A stretch of DNA of 57,295 nucleotides, the filler included, from Sanchytrium tribonematis (lineage: Eukaryota): assembly GCA_018985235.1 (NCBI GenBank). It is 5 parts of 5 records of this genome, joined end to end, with 100 filler letters (N's around TTAATTAATTAA, not from the genome) between each part and the next. Parts side by side here need not be neighbours in the genome. Positions count along the whole stretch, not along the records: positions 23,064 to 34,417 come from JADGIG010000262.1; positions 34,518 to 45,863 come from JADGIG010000263.1; 3 more parts are not named here. One strand, 5' to 3'. This document shows positions 33,133 through 44,111 of the stretch, piece after piece. A program made the translations under genes and the position numbers. The stretch's first letter is position 1. The number at the start of each line of letters is the position of its first letter. A model generated the notes under the pieces. That model searched no databases. It was not told where the DNA came from and saw only the letters and a program-made list of their open reading frames with translations.

Positions 33133-34161
33133 TTATTGGGTCAAGCTGCTATAAATGTGGATCATTTTGTCCATTCCCCCACTGACGATAAGATTTTCAG
33201 TTGGATGACAGTCAACACTGAGAACGACACCTTCATGGGCGGTAATGGTCTGTTCAATGGCTTTGCTTTGCAGATTCCAAATAAGTATTTTTGAATCTTC
33301 GCTTCCACTCACAATATACTTATTGCCAGTTATAGAAAATGTAGCATATATACAGAATTTCTCATTAGTATGTCCCAAATAGGTCTTCAGACATTTACCA
33401 TTATAAAAATTCCAAAGTTGAAGTTGATTATTTAAAGTCGCACTTAGAATATATTTTCCATTGGGAGAGAATCGAACAAAACTAACAGGTGACGCAGCTT
33501 CATTTACAAGTGTTTTTATACATTGACCTGTGGAAACATCCCAAATTCGGACTAGTTGATCGTAGCTACCGCTGACAATCAACGTGCCATCTCTATTAAA
33601 ATTAATTCCAGTTACGGGATCGGAATGAGCGGGCAATGTTTTCAAACATTCTCCTTTTTCAGCATCCCATATTCTAATTGTTTCATCAAAACTACCACTC
33701 GCAATATAATTGCCTTGTGGTGCATAATTTACACAAAATACAAAATGAGTATGACCTCGCAGTATTTTCGAAGCTTGCAATGATTCAGTATGAGTAGGCT
33801 CAAAAATCCCATAAATACGCAAAGTTTTGTCATCACTGGCACTACAAATATGAACAGAATTTGGATGCCAGTCGATGTCACTAATTCCCTGTGTGTGTCC
33901 TTCCAGCGTTTTAAAAAGAGTGCCTTCAGAAGAGTTCCAGATCTTAATGGTTTTATCTGAAGAGCAACTGGCTATCCATTTTCCATCCGGGCTAAATTTC
34001 ACACAGCTAACCGTTTTTTTGTGTCCTGCCAACTTGTATTTTAATTTGTAATTTGGAGAGGCTGAATCGAGTTTTTGCCTCTTATTATTGTCCAAGTCAG
34101 ATTGAATTTCTTCTGGGGCGGGACGCACCAAATCAGTTTTGACTGCCATTAGATTGGTCAT
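33133..34161 (-). CDS. WDR5: WD repeat protein WDR5/Swd3 (COMPASS)
   Basis: [54 protein letters not shown]. Confidence 0.93.
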   Translation of the reverse strand: MTNLMAVKTDLVRPAPEEIQSDLDNNKRQKLDSASPNYKLKYKLAGHKKTVSCVKFSPDGKWIASCSSDKTIKIWNSSEGTLFKTLEGHTQGISDIDWHPNSVHICSASDDKTLRIYGIFEPTHTESLQASKILRGHTHFVFCVNYAPQGNYIASGSFDETIRIWDAEKGECLKTLPAHSDPVTGINFNRDGTLIVSGSYDQLVRIWDVSTGQCIKTLVNEAASPVSFVRFSPNGKYILSATLNNQLQLWNFYNGKCLKTYLGHTNEKFCIYATFSITGNKYIVSGSEDSKILIWNLQSKAIEQTITAHEGVVLSVDCHPTENLIVSGGMDKMIHIYSSLTQ

Positions 34162-34417
34162 TTTCACGTGTTTCCTCCTAATCCCGGACTCTAAAAGGAG
34201 TTATTCTTGTATTCCGTTTTTGATTGGATGTTACACGTGAACGTTGTTTAATCAAATTTTTAAGACAATCTCCCTCAATCATTCACACTAAATAGTCTGC
34301 GGTTCTATGTTAATAGAATCTCCTGGGAAATGTTTAGGATATTAATGAATGGTATAGAAAAAAGATCATTTAGATTTTTTGGTTGAACTATTCTACATAT
34401 TTTGTCAAATGTTTATT

Positions 34418-34517
34418 NNNNNNNNNNNNNNNNNNNNNNNNNNNNNNNNNNNNNNNNNNNNTTAATTAATTAANNNNNNNNNNNNNNNNNNNNNNNNNNN
34501 NNNNNNNNNNNNNNNNN
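34418..34517. other. Artificial contig linker
   Basis: N44-TTAATTAATTAA-N44. Confidence 0.99.
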
Positions 34518-34871
34518 TCAACCAGAGCGAACGAGTGCCAAGACAGTGATTGCAGCTCAACCTGATGTTTATTTGAAAAATGACGTGAGACGTAAAAGTT
34601 TCATGGTCATTCAAAACGTATCTAAATGCTTATGTAGCCTGTTCAAGCACCTGTGATTAAACCAGATACAGTCAACGAGTCTGAATTAGAAGAAATGCCA
34701 GAATTAGAATTACTAGATTGTATTCAAATTGACAGGGATTGTGAAGTGGAAATGGATACGCGTTTGAATATGCTGATGATTTGGAGAGACTCACAACGGT
34801 TTAAATTATATGATTTGCCAGTTCAAGAGTGGTATGATCGTATCGTGATGGTCAGAAATTTGTCAGATTAA
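34518..34871 (+). CDS. PH-like family member, 5'-partial, with 20-nt intron
   Basis: DVYLKNDVRRKSFMVIQN|PVQ...LYDLPVQEWYDRI, paralogous to the 34953 gene. Confidence 0.7.
34618..34637 (+). other. 20-nt intron GTATCTAAATGCTTATGTAG
   Basis: Same VIQN|P phase-0 position as the 19-nt intron in the tandem paralog. Confidence 0.85.
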
Positions 34872-34952
34872 AATCAATAAATATATGCATCTCTACGTCT
34901 TCCAAATGCATGTTTCAGTCATGAAACGAGGCCACGTTTTTATTATTGATTC

Positions 34953-35535
34953 ATGAGAAAAAATCAATTATTACTCATTCCATCTTCCCCAGAAACTCTC
35001 AAAAAATATTTAAATCCAAATGAAAATGTGGTTTATTTTGGACATGCATCAGAACGCGTTGGATTACTTTCTAGACCACGGTATATATCCATAACAGATG
35101 AGGGAAGACTACTCATACTCCAAAAAGCATCAACTAAAAAAGATCCCCTTGATTTAAGCACATTATCATTTCAATCCAGTCATTCCGGATTTTCTAGTCA
35201 AAAATCAACTCCAAAAATAGAATCAAAATCAAATCATAAACCAGAATCAGTGGTAGATGGTCAAGATAATGTTTATTTAACCACTGATTCGCGTTTAAAA
35301 AGTTTTCTAGTCATTCAAAATGTCATTTATATTCATGTAGCCCTTTAAAAAAGAAGAAGAGGTACCAGAATTGGATTTATTAAGTGTTTTGATAGTAGAT
35401 GTACTATTTAAAGTGAGTATATCTAGTAAAAATGAATTGTGGATTGAACGTGAAAATGAGAGACATCGATTATATGATTTACCTGTTCAAGAATGGTTTG
35501 ATCGATTAATGCTGATGAAAGAGTTGGCGGAATAA
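34953..35535 (+). CDS. PH-like family member (2 exons, 187 aa)
   Basis: ERVGLLSRPRYISITDEGRLL; after the intron PFKKEEEVPELDLL...LYDLPVQEWFDRL*. Confidence 0.75.
35322..35340 (+). other. 19-nt intron GTCATTTATATTCATGTAG
   Basis: Removal joins VIQN to the conserved C-terminal exon. Confidence 0.88.
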
Positions 35536-35578
35536 AATTATGTACTTTTGTTGTGAGATCACGGGTTGTACATGTGAC

Positions 35579-36039
35579 TATAGCAAGCGAATTGAAGAAT
35601 TGAAATAGAATTGGTCTAAAATCGACGTTTCTCTAGATGTTTTGAGGAGAAAGATCTGAAAATGAATTGAAAAGAGCGATTGGAATTTAAATCTCTAAAT
35701 AAATTTAGATCGCAGTTATATTTGCAAGAAAATTCCTTAGAAACTACCGTCGCTTACATTCAAAACAGAAAAGACATGCATCCTAAAAGAAGAATACATC
35801 TCTCGTCGCCAATTGTAATCAAACATAATGGACAAAACTGGAATATATAAAATTAAAGTAAAAAATATGGCAAATTTTAATATTGTCAAAAGTAGAACTC
35901 AAATCAATATGCCTTAATATGTCAATAAATTTGGTCTTTCTTTCTTTTGAAAATTCTCCTTGAAATTTGAAATTGACCTCTAATTCCAATTCAATTCTCT
36001 AATTTAGATCAAAATTAATTCTTTAATTCGTTTGCTATA
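35579..36039. mobile_element. Non-autonomous TIR element (MITE), 461 bp, 8-bp TSD CATGTGAC (hAT-like)
   Basis: TIR TATAGCAAGCGAATTGAAGAATT versus reverse complement TATAGCAAACGAATTAAAGAATT; TSD at 35571-35578 and 36040-36047. Confidence 0.85.
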
Positions 36040-36078
36040 CATGTGACTCAATCTTTTTAATTTCATTGGTTAAAAGAA

Positions 36079-36153
36079 ATGAAAGGAGTTATTTGTACAA
36101 CCTCAAAATGTATTTAGAGAGAGAAGGCACACACAGAAGGAGATGTTGATGAT
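36079..36153 (+). promoter_or_regulatory. Shared promoter/leader cassette of the WxC secreted family
   Basis: 75 bp nearly identical (3 mismatches) to 42465-42539; variants before 37220, 43676 and 44112. Confidence 0.75.
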
Positions 36154-36869
36154 GTTGATTGCAATTGTGATGGCGGAAGCTGTTCCTTTATATTTCTGGA
36201 AATTGAATTCACCTTTTGTTACTTTCTATGATAATCATGGTGATGTAACTGTTAATAAGAAAAGATGGTCATGTAATAGTTCAATGAACACCCATGGGTC
36301 ACATATCAAGTCCAATGACTGTCTTGACATATTTGACATTCGAAAAGGTACTACAATTGATGTCAATGGTTTATTTAAAGCAGTCAACAAAGCATGGAAA
36401 GAGGGCTATGTGGTACGATTTGGTCTAAATAATCAAATGATTTCACCTAGTGTTGCAGGTCATACTCCGACGGGAGCAGTTTTGACCCTGTAGACCCAAG
36501 GGGGGTCACGAGGGGTAACAAGGGGTTTGAGGGATTTATGATTGGTTCTTATATATTACAAAGACTTGTGATATATAAGGGAACCAATCAATTAAAAGAC
36601 CAAAACACATATAAACGGGACATCCCCGAATAAATATCTATGTCAACGACTTCAAACTATACGCAACACCTAGATTTAGTGAAGATGAATTTCAAGATAA
36701 ATTAAGAAGCATGAACGGCGAACTAAGAGATAGTAGAATAACATGGAGGAAACGAAGACAACGTCGAATCAAGAGTGAAAAATTTCAAGATAACTTAAGA
36801 AGCCTGAACGGCGGCGACGAAAGAATAACAGGTAGAAAACGAAAACACCAAGAAAATACCAATTCTTAA
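36143..36869 (+). pseudogene. WxC secreted protein gene interrupted by solo LTR (167 aa when repaired)
   Basis: Removing the LTR plus one TSD gives ...QMISPR FSEDEFQDKLRSMNG...RKRRQRR...FQDNLRSLNG...RKRKH...* in frame. Confidence 0.8.
36451..36668 (+). mobile_element. Solo LTR, 218 bp, 5-bp TSD CCTAG
   Basis: TGTTGC...GCAACA termini; TSD at 36446-36450 and 36669-36673; TATATAA and AATAAA inside. Confidence 0.88.
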
Positions 36870-37219
36870 ATAAAGTCCCTATTTATTCAACAATCTGTCT
36901 ATTTTCATAATATCCCCATCTCGTTGTGGATTATTCACAAATTCAAATAATTGATACACCAATGGATGTTGAATGGCACGACATGATTGATAATGGGTTC
37001 ACAGAGTCTCTTGCGGTTATTCTTGTTGCTAAAACCATGCGGATAAACAGATTTTAAAGGAGGCATGTTATTTGAAGAGTCGCCGTAATAAAATAAATTC
37101 AAGATGGGCATGGGATAGAAATGGATGACATTTCATGTTTGAAAAAGACAGGGGAATTTGCGATGGAATTGATTAGTGGATGGAAATGAAAGGGGTCTAC
37201 AAAAAATACAAACAAAGAA

Positions 37220-40200
37220 ATGTTTTTGTATTTGATTCATGTAATTGCAATATTTACTTTTCACATAAAAAATGCAAGTGAAAACATCATTGAAATAAGG
37301 GAGATTTCAAATGAGAATAAAGAGAGATCATGGTGCTTGTGGAATTACAATTATGATATGACACAAGGTACATCCAACAGTGCAAATATTAATGACAAGT
37401 GTCGCACGCACGCTAGAGAGAATGTATTTATTGAGGGGACCGTGTCCCTTTATAGGGAATCCGAGACATTTCATTGGCCTTTATTAAGCCACCCCGATGC
37501 TGTAAACTCATTGATCATCGATGGTAGCTATACCAGATCGATAAGCCATCTTCAATGGTCATTGGGACATTCTGCCCACCTAAAGAATGTCCTCTCCTCA
37601 ATTTATGATGCAGACCAATGATGCAGACCATGGAATTAATCGACGAATATTAAGTCGTTCGGGAACTCCATGTCTATCCAATGTAATTGTATTGTTTAAG
37701 TGAAAATGGGTTATTTTAAATGGTCCTTCTTGTTGTGGATCCCATTTGCTGGTTAAATCGCGTTCTGTCTTTCTAATAAATACTAAGTCATTGACTTTAA
37801 ATAAATGTGCAATTCGATTTTTATTTAATCTTGCAACATCTTTGGTAACTTGATTTGGTGTGGTTTTATGTATGTGTTCTAGTGAATTGTACAATGGCAT
37901 TAGCATATTTAAATTGAAAATAACTTCAGAAGGCGATTTACCTAACGAAGAGTGGAATGCGGCGCGTAAGGAGAATGCAATTGATTGGGAATTCCTTGCC
38001 CAATCATTGACACCGGTACAACGAATCATATTGTTGATTGTACCATGCATTCTCTCGCATATGCTATTTGCTGTGGCCATATATGTGGTTGTAAAAGTGT
38101 GGCGAATGCCGTATGAAGCGCACAATTCCGAAATCTCTTTTGATTTCAAATTTGCGCCTTGATCAGAAAGCATCACAAGCGGTCTGGGATAGCGATTAAG
38201 CCACCAGTCATCAATCGCTTGCGATACTGTTGGGGCTAATTGGTTTTGTAGCGGAATCAATTCACACCACCGTGAAGAAATGTCGATGATAGTTAATAAA
38301 TATTTAAATTCTTCATATTCTGGGTCATCTGAGGACGGAAATGGTCCTTGTAAATCAACAGCAATAATTTCAAATGGTGAAATGTTATTATGAATGTCTG
38401 TTGGTTTTAGTTTACCATATTGAAGTGCATTTTTCTTTGATTTTTTACAAATCAAGCACTTGTTTACATGAGATTTGATTTGTTGTCTCATTTTTGGCCA
38501 GAAACAGATTGAATTCAATATGTTATTGGTTCTTATTTCCCCTGGGTGTAAATATGATTCATGTACCCAAGAAATGACCTTATTTTGAAGTGAATGTGGT
38601 ATATAAATTTGTTTATTGTGGAGCAACACTTTTGTGCCTTGTACTTGCTCCAATGTGAGATATTTAAAAGTGTTAAGCTGTTTATTTGTCAGCTTAGAAA
38701 GGTCATTAGTGGCAATGCACGTAATGAAAAGAGATAAAAGAGCATCTTTCTCTTGATGTTCTTTTATAATTTCAATTGAAAAAGGAAAATCGATATTTGA
38801 AATTTCCAACATCTCTGGATGTGGTTCTGACTCATAATATCGGCTTAAAAGATCAGCAACTGGATTATCAGTGCCTTTAATGTGTTTAAATTCGGGATTG
38901 TATTCCTGAATTCGAGCAATATATCGTTGTAAAGTCATTCCTTTGATGGAATTGAGATATTTTATATTTACATTATCACAATAGATAATAATTCTGTGGC
39001 CAAAGAGCATGGTATGTAGATGTTCACAAATTAATTTAATGGCCAAGATTTCTTTCTCACAATGGATTGACGAATTTGGGATTCGCTTAATTTGCGAGAA
39101 TAGAAATAAATTGGTTGAGGAGTGTCATTTTTAATTTGAAAAACGACTCCACCAATTCCGTAATCCGAAGCATCCGTCATAATGTGGAATGCTTGTTGAA
39201 AGTCAGGATAAACGAGAAGGGATGCTTTAGCCAGTGATTCAGTGGCTTGAATCAATGCCGCTTCTTCAATTGTAGTCCACTGGAATTTCACTTTCTCAGA
39301 GGTTAATCTGGTCAGTGGTTGCAAAACGGATGAGAGTTGAGGTATAAATCGGCGAAAGAAATTCAGCGCGCCTAGTACACTGCGTACTTGTCGTCTCGTT
39401 TTTGGACGTGGCAATTTTAGTAAATCGTCTACTTTTGCCGGATCAGGTTGCAATCCTTCAGAATTTAACATAAAGCCGAGATATTTGATTTGTTTTTTTG
39501 CTATTTCGCATTTCTTATTTAATTTAATGCAATTATCTGACAGAATTTGAAATACCTGTCGTAAATGAATTGAATGTTCATCCATATTGCGGGACATGAC
39601 TAAAATATCGTCAATATAAATTCGTACAAATGATAAATGACCTAATAAATGGTGCATCATGGATTGGAATGCCTCAGGTGCGCATGATACACCCATTGGA
39701 AGGCGCAGGAACTCATAAGTTCCAAATGGTAATGAAAATCCGGTAAATTGTCTAGATTCTGGATCCAGCATCACATGAAAAAATCCAGATTTTACGTCTA
39801 GAATAGAAAATATCATACCTGGCACAATGCCCATGAGCAGGTCGTCAATTGATGGGATAGGAAAATTGGTACGTGCAATGTACCTGTTGAGAGTTGCACT
39901 AAAATCAACTACTAATCTACCAGTGCCATCCTTTTTAGGGACAACAAAGTCAGGTGAAGTAAAGATGCCTATTGATTTTGCGATAATATTTTGTTGAAGT
40001 AAATCATCCACTTGTTTTCTTAGAGATCCCATCATTGATTCTAGAATTCTGTAATATTTCCTTCTAAAAGGAGGTGGAGATTTATGAAAGTAAAATTTAT
40101 ACTGGAAATTGCGAACGACACCAGGACTATCTTGAAAAATATCTTCAAATTCTTTGATTAATTTATCCAAATCAGTGTGAATTTCTTCAATTGCAATTGA

Positions 40201-41581
40201 TTGGTCAATGAATATTTGTGCTCATTACAAGCCAAGATACTCTTTTTAAAATCAATTACAAAGTTGAATTCTTTTAATAAATCAACTCCAAGTATGCATT
40301 TGTGAGAAATGCTGTCTGCAATATAAAATTTTACAACTTTAGAAATTGAAGGTGAGATTGCAGTGAGTTGGATAGGTACATCTACTGTACCAAGAATATT
40401 AAATGATGTGCCAGAAGCAGTATAGAACTGGCTATCTGAAATAGTTGGCGTAATGCCAAGATAATTAATAAAATCTTTACTCATAAAACTGGCACTTGCA
40501 CCAGTGTCAACCAACGCATTTGTTGGGTTTCCAGAAATTAAAACAGGCATTGAAGGACGTCCATCAATTACATTTAGAGTGTATCTTGATTTGGACGCAA
40601 GATATCCCTGTTTTAATTCAGGGTCTTCTGTGTGCCCCTTTTTTAAACAGTCAGCAAACGTACAAACAGCACCAGGTGTATGATATGCCGTTTTTGTAGA
40701 CGCATATTTGTTGATGGAATTTTGGGGAATTTTTGGATGCTCTTAAATTTTTTATTTTTTCCAAATTCCTTAAAGGGACGTTTAGTCGGTTGATACATCA
40801 ATTTGTCATTGTATTCAAATTGTTCAATATTAAATTCGGCTCTTTTTGCACGCTTAAAGGCTTCTTCAATATTGGCACAATCCTCAGAAAGAACTTCTTT
40901 CTGTAATTCCGGGCGCAATCCTCTTATAAAGGCAAATAATTTATCTTTTTCTGTGATTTTATCTGATTCCGATCCAGATATATCACAAAGATGAACTTTG
41001 GAGTCAAAAATCAATTTATATTGGGCAGTTGATTGTTGTTTGCCCTGACGGTATGCTCTCAATTCATTGTAATATTGAGCATATGGGTCTTCGCCCACAA
41101 ATTGAAGCTGTAGGCGTTTCATAGCACTTGCTAAGGTTTCTTGAGGGCCAAATGAAATATAACTCATGAGAGCAGCCCCGTTTAAAGCTCGTTGTAAATT
41201 CCACAGTTTGTCAGCCTCTGTCCATTTGGCTTCTTCAGCAATAAATTCGAATTGCTTCTTGAAAAATACAAAATGTTCGTGAGCCTTTATTAAGCCACCC
41301 CGATGCTGTAAACTCATTGATCATCGATGGTAGCTATACCAGATCGATAAGCCATCTTCGATGGTCTTTGGGACAACAAGGAATTGTTTGATAAACTAAA
41401 AGATTATTCAAGAATGAATCTGCTAATAGAGCTTTCTAATATTCGCAACACTGCCAATTATGGCTGTGATTTTCTATTAAGTGAAATATTTGATGTTGGT
41501 CAGTTTGTTGCTACATTACAGTTATGCGGTAATTTGTTCTCAGATGCACCCAGATATCGTAAATTCAATAAAATGGACTGA
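37220..41581 (+). pseudogene. Small secreted protein gene split by Gypsy insertion (37220-37399 + 41381-41581, 126 aa when repaired)
   Basis: ...SANINDK|ELFDKLKDY... joins in frame after removing the element plus one ACAAG copy. Confidence 0.75.
37400..41375 (-). mobile_element. Degenerate Ty3/Gypsy LTR retrotransposon (gag-PR-RT-RH-INT), 5-bp TSD ACAAG
   Basis: DTGA protease, YIDD RT, TDAS RNase H, HHCC + DDE + GPF integrase; 3' LTR 37400-37569 (170 bp) after PPT; 5' LTR truncated to 41283-41375 (93 bp, 2 mismatches); at least 3 frameshifts; TSD 37395-37399 and 41376-41380. Confidence 0.93.
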
Positions 41582-41609
41582 AATTGATTTTGTGCAACAT
41601 GGATCAAAC

Positions 41610-42380
41610 ATGATTTTCTTTTCATTTTGTACATTTGCCAATATGGCATTTCAATCATCAGCATCACTGTCGCAATTAATTAAATTTGCTGCAACTCCAC
41701 AGCATCCAATTTTATCTAGAAATCGACCATTTGCAACTATAAAGGCACCTGTTGCTCACAAACATCCATTTAAGCACATTCAATTAAGTAGTCAACGTGA
41801 TAAAAATGATGAATCTAATCGGAATCTATTATTATCATTTTCCATCCAATTAAAATGGCAATTTAATTTTCCAAATTTGCAATTTTTTACTGATTTATCC
41901 ATCAATGATTTCATCACTCTGCTAATATCTACTCGTGATCAATTATTAAATGCAAATTTATTATCCAATATCAAATCCATTGATTTACAACATGCATTGG
42001 AATCATTCACACCCATAGTTCCAAATTCTAAAAATCAATTCAAATTATCCACTCATCAACAAATCATATTCTCCAAATCACTCTTGTATACACTACACAT
42101 CTGCACCATTATTTCTTATTTAATCCAAAATACCATTAAAAAACGATTATTTTTAGTTTTACTTGTATTGCATTTTGTATTTTATATATTTAAATTATTG
42201 AATATATTACCATTTACACATGTTTGTATCCATTATATCCAATCCTCATATGGATTATTGAATCATTTATTGATGAAATTGACATTTTATGATGTTTTGC
42301 AAATTCAAAAGAATAAAGTGAATCAGAGAATATTAGAAATACAGAATATTGTACGTAATGTAGAGTCAAATCATAAATGA
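41610..42380 (+). CDS. Unknown protein, signal-like start and C-terminal hydrophobic helices
   Basis: MIFFSFCTFA start; the upstream part of the track ORF overlaps the repaired 37220 gene. Confidence 0.5.
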   Translation: MIFFSFCTFANMAFQSSASLSQLIKFAATPQHPILSRNRPFATIKAPVAHKHPFKHIQLSSQRDKNDESNRNLLLSFSIQLKWQFNFPNLQFFTDLSINDFITLLISTRDQLLNANLLSNIKSIDLQHALESFTPIVPNSKNQFKLSTHQQIIFSKSLLYTLHICTIISYLIQNTIKKRLFLVLLVLHFVFYIFKLLNILPFTHVCIHYIQSSYGLLNHLLMKLTFYDVLQIQKNKVNQRILEIQNIVRNVESNHK

Positions 42381-42528
42381 GGTCATTTGAATTCTATTGT
42401 TTAAGAATCAGCGTGATCAGGGGATTCTTGTGATTGTTTTGAGAGCTGTGATTGGTGAATAGAGATGAAAGGAGTCATTTGTACAACCCTAAAATGTATT
42501 TAGAGAGAGAAGGCACACACAGAAGGAG

Positions 42529-42861
42529 ATGTTGATGATTTTGATGGCAATGACCATAGCTTTTGATGCAAAGATTATGAAAGGGGATATCGAATTTATT
42601 ACATTGATTGATAAAACACCTTTAGAAAGCAAATTAGAAAATAAAAGTTGGGAATGTTCTGCCGTTGTGAATCGAAGACCTTTTGTTGTAGAGAATTGTG
42701 ATGTAAAAATGTCATATAAACAAGTTATAGAATTGATATTGGAGTACAAGTCTGAAACAAATCGCGTTTTAATTGGCACTGAAGTTATTTCATATGAAAC
42801 ATATAAAGATGTTTTGAAAGCTATGAACGAACAAAATGAATTAGATCTGGGATATTGGTAA
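42529..42861 (+). CDS. Small secreted WxC-family protein
   Basis: Signal; DKTP..LENKSWEC..ENC; shared promoter. Confidence 0.7.
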   Translation: MLMILMAMTIAFDAKIMKGDIEFITLIDKTPLESKLENKSWECSAVVNRRPFVVENCDVKMSYKQVIELILEYKSETNRVLIGTEVISYETYKDVLKAMNEQNELDLGYW

Positions 42862-43157
42862 TAAATTAAGTAATACATTTACAATAATTGAAAGTTACAT
42901 AAACTTAATCAATAATTAACTACATCTCAATGAAAAGATTATTAATCTGGTAAATTAGCCATTCAATTCAATCACCATTAATGTTCATTTCAAGTGACCC
43001 CCGGGGCACTTGCTCATCCCCGGTGCCATGGAGCTACTAGTGTACAAGTCTCTATGTGCAGGGTTACGGTTCTTCTTCGGGTCTACTAGCGGGTTTTTTG
43101 ATGCTGGTGTTCTCTGAAAAACATTAAAAAAAAGTGACACAAAATACCCCATCAAAC

Positions 43158-43484
43158 ATGATTTGGTATTCCATTGTACTGTCTATTTCCATAACTATTA
43201 AAATTGGTGCGCATATGATTTGCAGAGATCAATTCCCTAGTGAAATAGTGGGTAATAAACTGTGGATATGCGTAACAATGAATGTAAAAGAAAAAAGAGG
43301 ATCACATCTTGGTGAATTAAATGTAGATGAACTTTATAATTTGATTCAAAAATTAAATCCATCTGAAATTCAGTATCAAACTGATATGGTGAATGTAGTG
43401 CAACAACTTGGATTAATAAACGTCGATTTATTTAAAAATTCATTATTAAAACTCAATGGAGAAATTGCCAAGTATCTGATGTAG
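43158..43484 (+). CDS. Small secreted WxC-family protein
   Basis: MIWYSIVLS; CRDQF..GNKLWIC, similar to the 44899 protein. Confidence 0.65.
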   Translation: MIWYSIVLSISITIKIGAHMICRDQFPSEIVGNKLWICVTMNVKEKRGSHLGELNVDELYNLIQKLNPSEIQYQTDMVNVVQQLGLINVDLFKNSLLKLNGEIAKYLM

Positions 43485-43675
43485 AATCACTTGATAATAC
43501 AATGATGCAAGTCAATGGCGTATAAATGAATCAATAAATGACATTTAGACAGTTTTGCACTGTAAAATGTGTAACCATTTAAAACAGTAAAATGAAATGG
43601 ATTGGTGTAGAGAAATGAGAGGAGTCCATTGTACAACACCAAATTGTATTTGAACAGAATCAATCTCATTTCAAA

Positions 43676-43969
43676 ATGTTGATTTATTTAGTACCTTTAT
43701 TTGCAATTGGGAAAGTTGTGACCATTCAACACAAGGGTGTCAAGATTTATACTTTGAAAGAGAAGTCATCAGAACAGTGGACTTGTAAAGCACATGCTGC
43801 TGACATTAATTTAAAAGATTGTAAAAAGTTCATGAAAACAGAGGATATTGTTGAATTTGTATTTAAGCATCAACATTATGAATTATATGTCAATGCTATG
43901 CGTTTTCATCCATCTATTTATCAAGATGTTAAAGAAGTCATTGAATCGTCATATGGATCAATTGAATAA
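43676..43969 (+). CDS. Small secreted WxC-family protein
   Basis: MLIYLVPLFA; QWTC..DC..M; shared promoter. Confidence 0.65.
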   Translation: MLIYLVPLFAIGKVVTIQHKGVKIYTLKEKSSEQWTCKAHAADINLKDCKKFMKTEDIVEFVFKHQHYELYVNAMRFHPSIYQDVKEVIESSYGSIE

Positions 43970-44111
43970 ATCATTTGATAATGTTTGTTTCAAAATACTT
44001 GTGCAACATTTCATTAAATTGCATTGGCGTAGAGAAATGAAAGGAGTTATTTGTACTACCAATTGTACTACCCCAAAATGTATTTGAAGTCAAATGTGAA
44101 TTGCATTTAAA

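Noticed and set aside
36451..36892. Longer solo LTR ending at CAACA 36892
   Set aside because: No TSD; the 36668 end has a 6-bp terminal repeat, a perfect CCTAG TSD and restores the host ORF
37443..37569. 127-bp LTR with perfect TGTCCC/GGGACA ends
   Set aside because: No TSD at 37443; the boundary at 37400 gives the ACAAG TSD
39031..40770. Programmed frameshifts or tiny introns between Gypsy ORFs
   Set aside because: No fitting GT-AG found; one break is inside RNase H and the zinc knuckle and 5' LTR are damaged, consistent with decay
42988..43025. Hammerhead ribozyme on the minus strand (GGGATGAG...GAAA)
   Set aside because: Core is not CUGAUGA and stems I/III were not found
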